Shown: in pieces, positions 45,590-54,800 of the stretch
Position numbering within the stretch: position 1 is the first letter of the stretch
Layout: each line of letters begins with the position of its first letter
Assembly: GCA_036258075.1 (NCBI GenBank)
Contig: DATAEI010000143.1
Location: 1 to 55,963 of the forward strand
Source: Gaiellales bacterium
Lineage (GTDB): Bacteria > Actinomycetota > Thermoleophilia > Gaiellales > JAICJC01
Reading direction: 5' to 3'
Length of the DNA: 55,963 nt
Made by a program: the position numbers and the translations under genes
The notes under the pieces: model-generated
Databases searched by the model: none
Told to the model about the DNA's origin: nothing
Seen by the model: only the letters and a program-made list of their open reading frames with translations

Positions 45590-46213
45590 GTGGCCTATCC
45601 GGTGCGCGTCCGGATCGACTACCGCGAGCCGCGCTCGCGCCTCACGACGGCGCTCCGCTTCCCGCTGGCCGTCCCGCACCTGGTCGCCGCCGCGGTCGTG
45701 GGCATCGCGGCCGCAATCGCCGTGCCGGTCGCGTGGTGCGCGATCCTCGTCACCGGCCGCTGTCCGCGCCCGATCTCCCGCTTCCTCCAGGGAGCGATTC
45801 GGTACGTGGCCCGGGTCGGCTGCTACTGGATGCTCGTGACCGATCCCTTCCCGCCGTTCCGGCTCCGGCCGGCGGGCCACGACGACCCGGTCGAGGTGGC
45901 GGTGGACGAGCCCGAGCGCCACGCGCGGCTCTCCGTGGTCGCCCGGCTGCCGCTCGCCGTGCCGGCCTGGCTCGTCGCCTACTTCCTGGGCCTCTTCGCG
46001 CTGATGATGGCCTTCGCCGCCTGGTGGGTGATCCTCGTCACGGGCCGCCTGCCGCGCTCGATGTTCGAGGTGATGGAGCTCCCACACCGCTACCAGGCCC
46101 GCGTCGCTGCCTACACCTGCCTGCTCGTGGACGAGTACCCCTGGTTCCGGGAGGAAGGCGGTTCGGCGCCGTCTGGATGGGGTGCCCAGCCGGGCATCCA
46201 GCGGATCTCCTGA
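45590..46213 (+). CDS. DUF4389 membrane protein
   Basis: YPVRVRIDYREPRSRLTTALRFPLAVPH...WCAILVTGRCPR, repeated a second time (WWVILVTGRLPR). I chose the GTG at 45590 because the longer ORF from 45536 would run through the hairpin. Confidence 0.7.
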   Translation: MAYPVRVRIDYREPRSRLTTALRFPLAVPHLVAAAVVGIAAAIAVPVAWCAILVTGRCPRPISRFLQGAIRYVARVGCYWMLVTDPFPPFRLRPAGHDDPVEVAVDEPERHARLSVVARLPLAVPAWLVAYFLGLFALMMAFAAWWVILVTGRLPRSMFEVMELPHRYQARVAAYTCLLVDEYPWFREEGGSAPSGWGAQPGIQRIS

Positions 46214-46297
46214 AAGACTTCGGCAGCGTGGGACGAAGGGGGAGGTGTCTATACTCTTGCGACCCCGCGCGCGTGCGCGGGCGCGCCCCAGGAGCCG

Positions 46298-48241
46298 ATG
46301 GCTACGCAGACCCCGCCCACGCCGCCGCCGACCCGTGCCCGGCCCAAGATGACGGTTTACGGCGGTGGCCGGCCGCCGAAGAAGCGCAAGCGACGGTGGG
46401 TGCGGGTTGCGCTGTGGACGCTCGGCAGCTTCCTCGTGGTGCTGCTCGCGAGCGCCGGGATCGTCGCCTACTGGCTCTACGGCGACTACACCCGGATCAC
46501 GGGCGTGAGCAAGGACGTGAAGGTCGGCGAGCAGGCCCTCGACGAGAACCTGCCGCAGGCCGACGCGCCCGTCACGGCGCTCGTGATCGGCTCGGATCAC
46601 CGCTATACGGACGGTTCGTCGCCGTCGCGGTCGGACACGTTCATGCTGGTCCGGATCGACCCGAAGCGGCATCTGGTCTCGCTGCTCTCGTTCCCGCGCG
46701 ACCTGTGGGTGCCGATCCCGGGCTTCGGGAATGACAGGATCAACGCCGCCTTCTCCGACGGCGCCCAGCTCCAGGGGTCGAGCCCGACGAAGCTGGCGCT
46801 CGAGACCGTCAAGAACCTGACCGGCGTCAAGATCAACTACGTGGCGGTCGTCGACTTCCGCGGCTTCGCCGACCTCGTGAACAACCTGGGCGGCGTCTAC
46901 GTGCCGGTCGACGAGTACTACCTGCACACGAAGGCCACGAACGATGCCGCACCGATCGGCGAGCGCTACTCCGTGATCGACGTGAAGCCCGGCTACCAGC
47001 TCCTCCACGGAGCCGACGCTCTGGCATACAGCCGCTACCGCCACACCGACTCGGACTTCTACCGAAACGCCCGCCAGCAGACCTTCCTGCGCGCCTTCGA
47101 GCAGCGCGCGGCGACCCGTTTCCACGGCATCTCCGTCACCGACCTGCCCGACATCAAGGATCTGCTCGAGACGGTCTCGCGCAACGTCCAGATCGGCGCC
47201 AAGGGCGGCGCCCCCGGATGGCGCACGTTCGTGAAGTACGCCACGCTGGCCCCGTCGCTTGCCGGCCACTTCGTCTCCTCCCGGCTCGAGGCCACGACGG
47301 GCATGGAGGGAACGGCGTCGGTCGTCTTCGCAACGCCGGAGGCGATCCACAAGGCGGTCTACCAGTTCACGCATCCCCAGACGCTGGCATCGCCGACCGC
47401 CCAGCTCCCGACGGGGAAGAAGCCGGCCAAGCCCAAGAAGCACGCGTTCAAGCCGTCGGTCAGCCCGGCGTCCGTGACGCTCTCGGTGCTGAACGGCACG
47501 ACCCAGGCCGGTGAGGCGGCGAGGACGGCGAAGGCGCTCGGAGGCTTCGGCTACCCGACCTCCTCGTCGAACGCCGACACGCAGGACTACACCCAGACCT
47601 GGGTCTACTACCGCTCCGGGTTCCAGGGCGCCGCCTCCGACGTGCAGAAGATCCTCGGCGTGGGCCAGCTCGGTCCGCTCCCGGCCACCTTCAGCGGTGC
47701 CTCGGCCGAGGTGGTGACCGTGCTCGGCACCGACTACGGCGGCACGCTCGCGATCCATCCGCCGAAGAAGGCGACCAGCTCCGCGTACCCGTCGACGATC
47801 ACGCCCGACAACCAGGTGTACCTCCAGGCCTTCAAAGCCGCGGCACACCGCGCCCACATCCCGGGCATGTACCCGACGGTGACGCAGTCGTCGTCCGAGT
47901 TCGTGCCGTACACCACCGCCATGCCGATCCGCACCTACGTGATCCGCAGCTCCGGGAAGGGCTACAACTCGCTGTATGCCATGTTCCGGCTGAACACGAT
48001 CGCCGGCGCCTACTGGGGCATCGAGGAGACCGGGTTCGCCGACGCGCCGATCCTGGCGAACCCGACGACGACGCGGAAGCTCGACGGGCGCGAGTACCGC
48101 TTCTACTACAACGGGCCGCATCTGCACATGGTCGCGTTCACGTACCGAAAGCGCGTGTACTGGGTCATCAACACGCTGCTCGACGACCTCACGAACCCCG
48201 AGATGGTCGCGATCACGCGCTCGCTGCGGCCGACCGGATGA
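46298..48241 (+). CDS. LytR-CpsA-Psr (LCP) family cell-envelope phosphotransferase with a long C-terminal extension
   Basis: Basic N-terminus, a TM segment, the LCP core (RSDTFMLVRIDPKRHLVSLLSFPRDLWVPIPG...DRINAAF) and a LytR_C-like segment (VTLSVLNGTTQAGEAARTAKAL). Confidence 0.85.
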   Translation: MATQTPPTPPPTRARPKMTVYGGGRPPKKRKRRWVRVALWTLGSFLVVLLASAGIVAYWLYGDYTRITGVSKDVKVGEQALDENLPQADAPVTALVIGSDHRYTDGSSPSRSDTFMLVRIDPKRHLVSLLSFPRDLWVPIPGFGNDRINAAFSDGAQLQGSSPTKLALETVKNLTGVKINYVAVVDFRGFADLVNNLGGVYVPVDEYYLHTKATNDAAPIGERYSVIDVKPGYQLLHGADALAYSRYRHTDSDFYRNARQQTFLRAFEQRAATRFHGISVTDLPDIKDLLETVSRNVQIGAKGGAPGWRTFVKYATLAPSLAGHFVSSRLEATTGMEGTASVVFATPEAIHKAVYQFTHPQTLASPTAQLPTGKKPAKPKKHAFKPSVSPASVTLSVLNGTTQAGEAARTAKALGGFGYPTSSSNADTQDYTQTWVYYRSGFQGAASDVQKILGVGQLGPLPATFSGASAEVVTVLGTDYGGTLAIHPPKKATSSAYPSTITPDNQVYLQAFKAAAHRAHIPGMYPTVTQSSSEFVPYTTAMPIRTYVIRSSGKGYNSLYAMFRLNTIAGAYWGIEETGFADAPILANPTTTRKLDGREYRFYYNGPHLHMVAFTYRKRVYWVINTLLDDLTNPEMVAITRSLRPTG

Positions 48242-49599
48242 GCGCCGCTGCCAGGGCGAACGGGGGCGCCGTCGGGGTCGTCGGCGCCGGCTATGTCGGC
48301 CTCGTCACCGCGGCCTGCTTCGCCGACCTCGGCCACGACGTGGTCTGCTGCGACGTGAACCCCGACCGGATCGGCGCGCTCCGGGCCGGCCAGGTGCCGA
48401 TCTACGAGCCGGGCGTCGAGCCGCTCCTCACCCGCAACCGCGCGCGGCTCACGTTCACGCTCGAGCTGGCCGACGTCCTCGAGCGGTGCCGGATCGTCTT
48501 CGTGTGCGTCGACACGCCGCCGACCGCCTCCGGTGACGCCGACCTGTCGCGGGTGGAGTCCGTCGTGGCCGGGATCCCGCAGACCGGGACACGACACGTG
48601 CTCGTCATGAAGTCAACCGTCCCGGTGGGCACCGGCGAGAAGGTGCGGCTCGAGCTGCTCTCCCGCGGGCTCGACCAGATCGGCTACGTCTCGAATCCGG
48701 AGTTCCTGCGCGAGGGGCGCGCGCTGGCCGACTTCATGGAGCCCGACCGGATCGTGATCGGCGCGTTCGACGAGGCCGACGGCCAGGCGGTCGCCGATCT
48801 CTACTCCGACCTCGAGGCACCGGTGATCCGCACCGACGTCGCCTCGGCCGAGATGATCAAGTACGGATCGAACGCGTTCCTCGCGACCAAGATCTCGTTC
48901 ATCAACGAGATCGCAAACGTCTGTGAGGAGGTGGGCGCCGACGTCTCGGTGGTCGCATACGGCATGGGCCTCGACGACCGGATCGGCTCGCACTTCCTGC
49001 GGCCGGGTATTGGATTTGGTGGAAGTTGTTTTCCAAAAGATGTAAATGCACTCAAGCAACTTGCAGGAAATTCTGGCTACCACTTCCAGCTGCTCACGGC
49101 CGTCATCGAGGTGAACGAGCTCCAGAAGCGGCGGGTCGTGGGCAAGCTCCAGAAGCATCTCGGGCCGCTGCGCGGGCGCAGGATCGCGATGCTCGGCCTG
49201 GCCTTCAAGGCCAACACCGACGACATGCGCGAGGCGTCGAGCCTCGTCCTCGCCGCCCGCCTGCGCGCCGAGGGCGCCGAGGTGGTCGGCTACGACCCGG
49301 TCGCGATGGAGAAGGCCCGAGCAGTGCTCGGTGACGGCGTCGAGCTGGCCGGATCGCTGCTCGAGGCGGTGACGGGGGCGGACGCCGCGGTCATCGTGAC
49401 GGAGTGGGGCGAGTTCCGGCACCTCGCCTCCCGCGCCGTGCGCGAGGCGATGGCGACACCGCTCATCGTCGACGGGCGAAACCTGCTCGACCCGCGCCAG
49501 GTGCGCGCCGCAGGCTTCGCCTACGAGTCGGTGGGCCGCCCGGCGGACCCGGCCGACGTGCTGCGGCTCGCCGGGGAACGGGCGGACGCCGTCTCGTGA
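48238..49599 (+). CDS. ugd: UDP-glucose 6-dehydrogenase
   Basis: VGVVGAGYVGLVTAACFA, GIGFGGSCFPKD catalytic Cys and LGLAFKANTDDMREA. ATGA overlap with the LCP gene. Confidence 0.93.
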   Translation: MSAAARANGGAVGVVGAGYVGLVTAACFADLGHDVVCCDVNPDRIGALRAGQVPIYEPGVEPLLTRNRARLTFTLELADVLERCRIVFVCVDTPPTASGDADLSRVESVVAGIPQTGTRHVLVMKSTVPVGTGEKVRLELLSRGLDQIGYVSNPEFLREGRALADFMEPDRIVIGAFDEADGQAVADLYSDLEAPVIRTDVASAEMIKYGSNAFLATKISFINEIANVCEEVGADVSVVAYGMGLDDRIGSHFLRPGIGFGGSCFPKDVNALKQLAGNSGYHFQLLTAVIEVNELQKRRVVGKLQKHLGPLRGRRIAMLGLAFKANTDDMREASSLVLAARLRAEGAEVVGYDPVAMEKARAVLGDGVELAGSLLEAVTGADAAVIVTEWGEFRHLASRAVREAMATPLIVDGRNLLDPRQVRAAGFAYESVGRPADPADVLRLAGERADAVS

Positions 49600-50471
49600 T
49601 CGCGGTCGTCCTCGTGGGCGGCGAGGGCACGCGCCTTCGCCCCCTGACGTACGCGACGCCGAAGCCGATGCTCCCGATCGCCAACCGGCCGTTCCTGGAG
49701 CATCAGGTCGAGCACCTGCGCTCGCACGGCGTCCACCGGATCATCCTCGCCTGCGGCTACAAGCCGGACGCGATCCGCGACCACTTCGGCGACGAGCTGG
49801 AGTACGTCGTCGAGCCCGAGCCGCTCGGCACCGGAGGGGCGATCGCGTTCGCCGCCCGCGAGGCCGGCGTCGATCAGACGTTCGTGGCCTGCAACGGCGA
49901 TGTGCTCACGGATCTCGACCTCACGGCGCTCGTGGCGTTCCACGGCGAGCGCAGCGCGCGCATGACGATCGCGCTGCACCCGGTCGACGACCCGAGCCGC
50001 TACGGCGTGGTCGCGACCGATCCCGAGGGCGCGGTGACCGAGTTCATCGAGAAGCCGCCGCCCGGGTCGACGCCGGTACGCACGATCAACGCCGGCACGT
50101 ACGTGGCCGAGCCCGGCGTTATGGACATGATCCCGCCGGGGCGATCGGTGTCGATCGAGTACGACGTGTTTCCCCGGCTCGTGGGGGACGGCCTCTACGC
50201 GCTCGCCGACGAGGGCGCCTGGCTCGACATCGGGACGCCCGAGAGCTTCCTGGCCGCCAACCTCGACCGCATGCCGCCCGGCGGCCTCATCGACCCGACC
50301 GCGACGGTCGATCCCCGGGCCGTCGTCGAGGGCTCCGTGGTCGGCCCGGGATGCCGGATCGAAGCCGGCGCGCACGTCCACGGATCGGTCATTCTCGCCG
50401 GGGCGCTTGTCGCCGAGGGCATGACCATGGACAATCTTGTGGTGGGAACATCTGGAGAACCGGTGTGGTGA
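49596..50471 (+). CDS. NDP-sugar pyrophosphorylase, mannose-1-phosphate guanylyltransferase-like
   Basis: AVVLVGGEGTRLRPLTYATPKPMLPI and EPEPLGTGGA. GTGA overlap with ugd. Confidence 0.85.
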   Translation: MIAVVLVGGEGTRLRPLTYATPKPMLPIANRPFLEHQVEHLRSHGVHRIILACGYKPDAIRDHFGDELEYVVEPEPLGTGGAIAFAAREAGVDQTFVACNGDVLTDLDLTALVAFHGERSARMTIALHPVDDPSRYGVVATDPEGAVTEFIEKPPPGSTPVRTINAGTYVAEPGVMDMIPPGRSVSIEYDVFPRLVGDGLYALADEGAWLDIGTPESFLAANLDRMPPGGLIDPTATVDPRAVVEGSVVGPGCRIEAGAHVHGSVILAGALVAEGMTMDNLVVGTSGEPVW

Positions 50472-51454
50472 CGTTCCAGGCCGATCCGTCCGGCATGTCC
50501 GATGCGATCGCCGGGATGGCCGAGCAGCTTCGGGCCGGCGAGCAGACGGGCGCCGGCGCCGGGATGGAGCTTGGGCTGCCCGCCGCGGTCGTCATGGCCG
50601 GCATGGGCGGCTCCGCCATGGGCGGCGAGCTCCTGCGGGCGCTGGTTGCCGCCGAGTGCCCGGTGCCGATCACGCGCGTGCGCGGCTTCGGCGTGCCCGC
50701 ATGGGCGGGCCCCGGCACGCTCGTCGTCTGCACGAGCTACTCCGGGGACACCGCAGAGACGCTTGCGTGCGCCCGCCAGGCCCACGCGCAGGGCGCGGCG
50801 CTTCTCGGCGTCGCCTCGGGCGGCGAGCTGGCCCGGCTGGCCGACGAGCTCGGCTTCCCGTGCGCCGTCGTCCCCGGAGGCATGCAGCCACGGGCGGCGC
50901 TCGGCTACCTCTTCGGCGCCATGGCCGGCGCGTTCGCCGCGTGCGGGCTCTCTCCCGACGGGATCGCCGAGGAGTGCGCCCAGGGCGTCGAGGCCTGTGA
51001 CCGGGACGCGGCCGCAGAGCTTGGGCGTCGCCTCGCCGGCACGGTGCCGCTGGTCTACGGGGCCGGGCCGCTGGGCGCCGTCGCCTACCGCTGGAAGACC
51101 CAGTTCAACGAGAACGCCAAGATGCACGCCTTCAGCCACGCCTTCCCCGAGCTCGGCCACAACGAGATCGTGGGATGGGAGGGCGCCGACGGCCGCGGCT
51201 TTGCGATCGTCGCGCTCCGCGACGCCGACGAGTCGCCCGAGATCCGGCGCCGCATCGACGTCACGCTCGACCTGGCCCGTCCGCACGCCTCCGTGGTGGC
51301 CGCTGTGGAGGGACACGGCCTCTCCCGAACGGCCCGGGCATTCAGCCTGGTCGCCACGGGCGACTGGGTCACCTATCACGCGGCGCTCTCGCGCGGCGTC
51401 GACCCGACGCCGGTCGACGCGATCGCGGCGCTCAAGCAGGCGCTCTCCGAGTAG
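50468..51454 (+). CDS. bifunctional phosphoglucose/phosphomannose isomerase (SIS domain)
   Basis: GMGGSAMGGELL, SYSGDTAET and RWKTQFNENAKMHAF...PELGHNEIVGWE. Confidence 0.8.
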   Translation: MTFQADPSGMSDAIAGMAEQLRAGEQTGAGAGMELGLPAAVVMAGMGGSAMGGELLRALVAAECPVPITRVRGFGVPAWAGPGTLVVCTSYSGDTAETLACARQAHAQGAALLGVASGGELARLADELGFPCAVVPGGMQPRAALGYLFGAMAGAFAACGLSPDGIAEECAQGVEACDRDAAAELGRRLAGTVPLVYGAGPLGAVAYRWKTQFNENAKMHAFSHAFPELGHNEIVGWEGADGRGFAIVALRDADESPEIRRRIDVTLDLARPHASVVAAVEGHGLSRTARAFSLVATGDWVTYHAALSRGVDPTPVDAIAALKQALSE

Positions 51455-51467
51455 CTCGCGCGGCCAG

Positions 51468-51498
51468 TTGACCGCGTAACGCACGCACGCTATATATA
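51468..51498 (+). promoter_or_regulatory. near-consensus sigma-70-type promoter: -35 TTGACC, 17-nt spacer, -10 TATATA
   Basis: TTGACCgcgtaacgcacgcacgcTATATAtagcttgtATG. The -10 ends 6-8 nt before the ATG at 51505, implying a leaderless mRNA. Confidence 0.5.
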
Positions 51499-51504
51499 GC
51501 TTGT

Positions 51505-52452
51505 ATGCGATATGACGAGCTGCTGGCGGAGGTGCGCGCCGCCCTCGAGGAGGGCAGGCTTCGCGAGGGCGACGTCCGCCGCCTTCTGGCCCGCGCCGAC
51601 CGGTCGGAGCGCCCCCGGCCGGCGGGCGTCCTGCGGGCGGCCGGAGCCATCGTCCTCCTCTTCGGCGTCGCGCTCCTGTTCGGGCTCGGCTACGACGGGT
51701 ATCCCTACGCCGTCCAGCTTGCCGGGCCGTTCGTGTTCCCGGCAGCCGCTCTTGCCGCAGCGATCGTGCTGCACCGCCGTGGCGCCCAGCGGTGGGAGGT
51801 CGAGCTGGCAGGCATCGTCGGCTACACGGCCCTCGGCCTTGCCTACCTGGCCGCGGGCGCGGCAGCCGATGCCGGGGCCGGGTACGGCCTCGCGGCCAGT
51901 GCGTCCGCCGTCGTGATCGTGATCGCCATGCACGTCGCCGTGCGGTTGGTGCGGCTGACCTCCTGGGGGCTCTCCGCCTCGCTCGTCGCGTTCACCGGAT
52001 TCGCGTCCGACCTGGCCGGCGTGCTCCACGGCGACACCGCCTCGTGGCTGCTCGCGGCCCAGTTCGCGCTCGCCCTGGGCGTCGGCGCCGCGCTCGCGCG
52101 CCGGAATCGCGAGGCCGCGGCCAACGCGCTTCGGACGGCGGCCCTGCTCGCGCCGGCGGCCTGCATGTTCGGGATCGGAGACGGCGGCTTTGGCGCGTTC
52201 GGCTTCTGGCACCTGGCCCTCACCGCCGCCGTCGCAGCGACGTTGCTCGCGGCCGCGGCGCTCGACCTGCCCGGCCTCATGTGGATCGGGGCGCTCGACG
52301 GCGTGCTCTGGATCGGGGCGATCTCTGCGGTGGCGGGCGAGCAGGTCGGATGGGCGGTCGCGGTGATCCTGGCCGGCGGCTGCCTGGTCGGGCTCGCGGC
52401 GCTCGTCGGGCGCATCCGGCCGGGGGTGGCCGCCGGCGGCCCACGGCTATAG
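51505..52452 (+). CDS. hypothetical polytopic membrane protein
   Basis: A charged N-terminal helix, then about 8 Ala/Gly/Leu-rich hydrophobic segments. No family recognised. Confidence 0.55.
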   Translation: MRYDELLAEVRAALEEGRLREGDVRRLLARADRSERPRPAGVLRAAGAIVLLFGVALLFGLGYDGYPYAVQLAGPFVFPAAALAAAIVLHRRGAQRWEVELAGIVGYTALGLAYLAAGAAADAGAGYGLAASASAVVIVIAMHVAVRLVRLTSWGLSASLVAFTGFASDLAGVLHGDTASWLLAAQFALALGVGAALARRNREAAANALRTAALLAPAACMFGIGDGGFGAFGFWHLALTAAVAATLLAAAALDLPGLMWIGALDGVLWIGAISAVAGEQVGWAVAVILAGGCLVGLAALVGRIRPGVAAGGPRL

Positions 52453-52460
52453 TGGCGCCC

Positions 52461-53729
52461 GTGAGCACCACCGTTCCGTCGGACATCCGCGACGCCGGCC
52501 TCGCGCCGGAAGGGGTCATGCGGGTGGAGTGGGCCGACCGGCAGATGCCGGTCCTGGCCGCCATCCGCGAGCGCTTCGCGGCCGAGCGCCCCCTTTCGGG
52601 CCTTCGCATCTCGGCGTGCCTGCACGTCACCTCCGAGACGGCCAACCTGGCCCGCACGCTCAAGGCCGGGGGCGCCGACGTGCTCCTGTGCGCGTCGAAC
52701 CCGCTCTCGACCCAGGACGAGGTCGCCGCGGCGCTCGTGGCCGAGTACGGCGTCGCGGTCTACGCCGTCCACGGCGAGCCGAACGACGTCTACTACAGCC
52801 ACATCAACGCCGCCGTCGACCATCGCCCGCACATCACGATGGACGACGGCTGCGACGTGGTCTCGACGCTGCACAAGGATCACCAGGACATGCTGGGCGA
52901 CGTGCTGGCGGGCACCGAGGAGACGACCACCGGCGTCATCCGCCTGCGGGCGATGGAGAAGGCCGGCGCGCTCGGGTTCCCGATCGTCGCGGTGAACGAG
53001 GCGAACACCAAGCACTTCTTCGACAACCGCTACGGCACCGGCCAGTCGACGATCGACGGCATCATCCGCGCGACGAACATCCTGCTCGCGGGGCGCACGT
53101 TCGTGGTGTGCGGCTACGGCTGGTGCGGCCGCGGCCTGGCCGACCGGGCCCGTGGGCACGGGGCGCACGTCATCGTCGTCGAGGTCGACCCGCTGGCCGC
53201 GCTCCAGGCGGTCATGGACGGCTTCCGGGTGGCGCCGATCGCCGAGGCGGCGAAGCTCGGGGACATCTTCGTCACCGCGACGGGCAACAAGCACGTCCTC
53301 CGGCGCGAGCACTTCGAGGTCATGAAGGACGGCGCGGTGCTCGCGAACACGGGCCACTTCGACGTCGAGGTCGACATCCCGGCGCTGCGCGACCTGGCGG
53401 TCGCGACGGCCCCCGCCCGCCCGCACGTCGAGCGGTTCGACATGGCCGACGGCCGCGGCCTCTACCTGCTCGCCGAGGGCCGGCTCGTGAACCTGGCCGC
53501 CGCCGAGGGCCATCCGGCGTCGGTCATGGACATGAGCTTCGCCAACCAGGCGCTCTCGGCCGAGTACGTCGCCGGGAACCACGCCGACCTCGACGCGAAG
53601 GTCTACACGGTGCCGCGCGAGATCGACGACGAGGTGGCGCGGCTCAAGCTCGAGAGCATGGCGTTCTCGATCGACCAGCTGACCGACGAGCAGCGCCGCT
53701 ACATGGACACCTGGGACGAGGGCACGTAG
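52461..53729 (+). CDS. ahcY: adenosylhomocysteinase
   Basis: [34 protein letters not shown] and [11 protein letters not shown] motif. Confidence 0.96.
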   Translation: MSTTVPSDIRDAGLAPEGVMRVEWADRQMPVLAAIRERFAAERPLSGLRISACLHVTSETANLARTLKAGGADVLLCASNPLSTQDEVAAALVAEYGVAVYAVHGEPNDVYYSHINAAVDHRPHITMDDGCDVVSTLHKDHQDMLGDVLAGTEETTTGVIRLRAMEKAGALGFPIVAVNEANTKHFFDNRYGTGQSTIDGIIRATNILLAGRTFVVCGYGWCGRGLADRARGHGAHVIVVEVDPLAALQAVMDGFRVAPIAEAAKLGDIFVTATGNKHVLRREHFEVMKDGAVLANTGHFDVEVDIPALRDLAVATAPARPHVERFDMADGRGLYLLAEGRLVNLAAAEGHPASVMDMSFANQALSAEYVAGNHADLDAKVYTVPREIDDEVARLKLESMAFSIDQLTDEQRRYMDTWDEGT

Positions 53730-53745
53730 GCTCTTCAGAGCGCCC

Positions 53746-54771
53746 GTGCCCGTCGCCACCAGCCTCCTGAGCCCTCACGCCATCCTCCGTCTCGAGGAGG
53801 ACGCCGTGGTCATGCTCGACCAGCGCCGGCTCCCGCAGGAGGCGGTCGATCTGCGCCTCACCACCTGGCAGGAGGTCGCCGAGGCGATCCGCGAGATGGC
53901 CGTCCGCGGCGCCCCCGCCATCGGCGTGGCGGCGGCCTACGGCATGGCGTTGGCGGCCGCCAGGAGCAGCGCCGGGAGCGTCGAGGTGCTGCGCGAGGAC
54001 GTCGCCCGGGCCGGAGCGGGCCTGGCGGCCAGCCGGCCGACCGCCGTCAACCTGCCCTGGGCGGTCGCCCGGATGACCGAGGAGGCGGAGCGCCCGCATC
54101 GGGACGCCGCTGCGCTGCGCGACGCGTTGCGGATGAAGGCCGAGGCGATCCACGCCGACGAGGTCGACCGGTGCGTGCGGATCGGCGAGCACGGCGCGGA
54201 GCTCCTGCGGGCCGGCGCCCAGGTGCTGACCCACTGCAACGCGGGCGCGCTTGCGACCGGCGGCTTCGGCACCGCACTCGGGGTGATCCGGGCGGCGCAC
54301 CGGCGCGATCCCGGGCTGCACGTCTGGGTCGACGAGACGCGGCCGCTGCTCCAGGGCGCCCGCCTCACCGCCTGGGAGCTGCGGCAGGAGGAGATCCCCG
54401 CCACGCTCATCACCGATTCGACCGCCGCCTGGCTCATGGCCGAGCGCAAGGTCGATGCGGTCGTGACCGGCGCCGACCGCATCGCCCGAAACGGCGACAC
54501 GGCCAACAAGATCGGCACCTACGGTCTGGCCGTCCTGGCCCGCGCCCACGGCCTGCCGTTCTACGTCGCCGCGCCGACGTCGACCATCGATCCTGCGATC
54601 GAGCGCGGCCGCGACATCCCGATCGAGCACCGTCGCGCCGACGAGGTGGCGGCCGGGGCGGCGGACGGCGTGGGCGTCTACAACCCGGCGTTCGATGTGA
54701 CTCCCGCCGAGTACGTGAGCGCCATCGTCACCGAGCACGGCGTGCACCGGCCGCCGTACCTGTTCACCTGA
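53746..54771 (+). CDS. mtnA: S-methyl-5-thioribose-1-phosphate isomerase
   Basis: [52 protein letters not shown] and [12 protein letters not shown]. Confidence 0.93.
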   Translation: MPVATSLLSPHAILRLEEDAVVMLDQRRLPQEAVDLRLTTWQEVAEAIREMAVRGAPAIGVAAAYGMALAAARSSAGSVEVLREDVARAGAGLAASRPTAVNLPWAVARMTEEAERPHRDAAALRDALRMKAEAIHADEVDRCVRIGEHGAELLRAGAQVLTHCNAGALATGGFGTALGVIRAAHRRDPGLHVWVDETRPLLQGARLTAWELRQEEIPATLITDSTAAWLMAERKVDAVVTGADRIARNGDTANKIGTYGLAVLARAHGLPFYVAAPTSTIDPAIERGRDIPIEHRRADEVAAGAADGVGVYNPAFDVTPAEYVSAIVTEHGVHRPPYLFT

Positions 54772-54800
54772 GCACCTCCGGCGCGCACGAGCTGCTCGCC

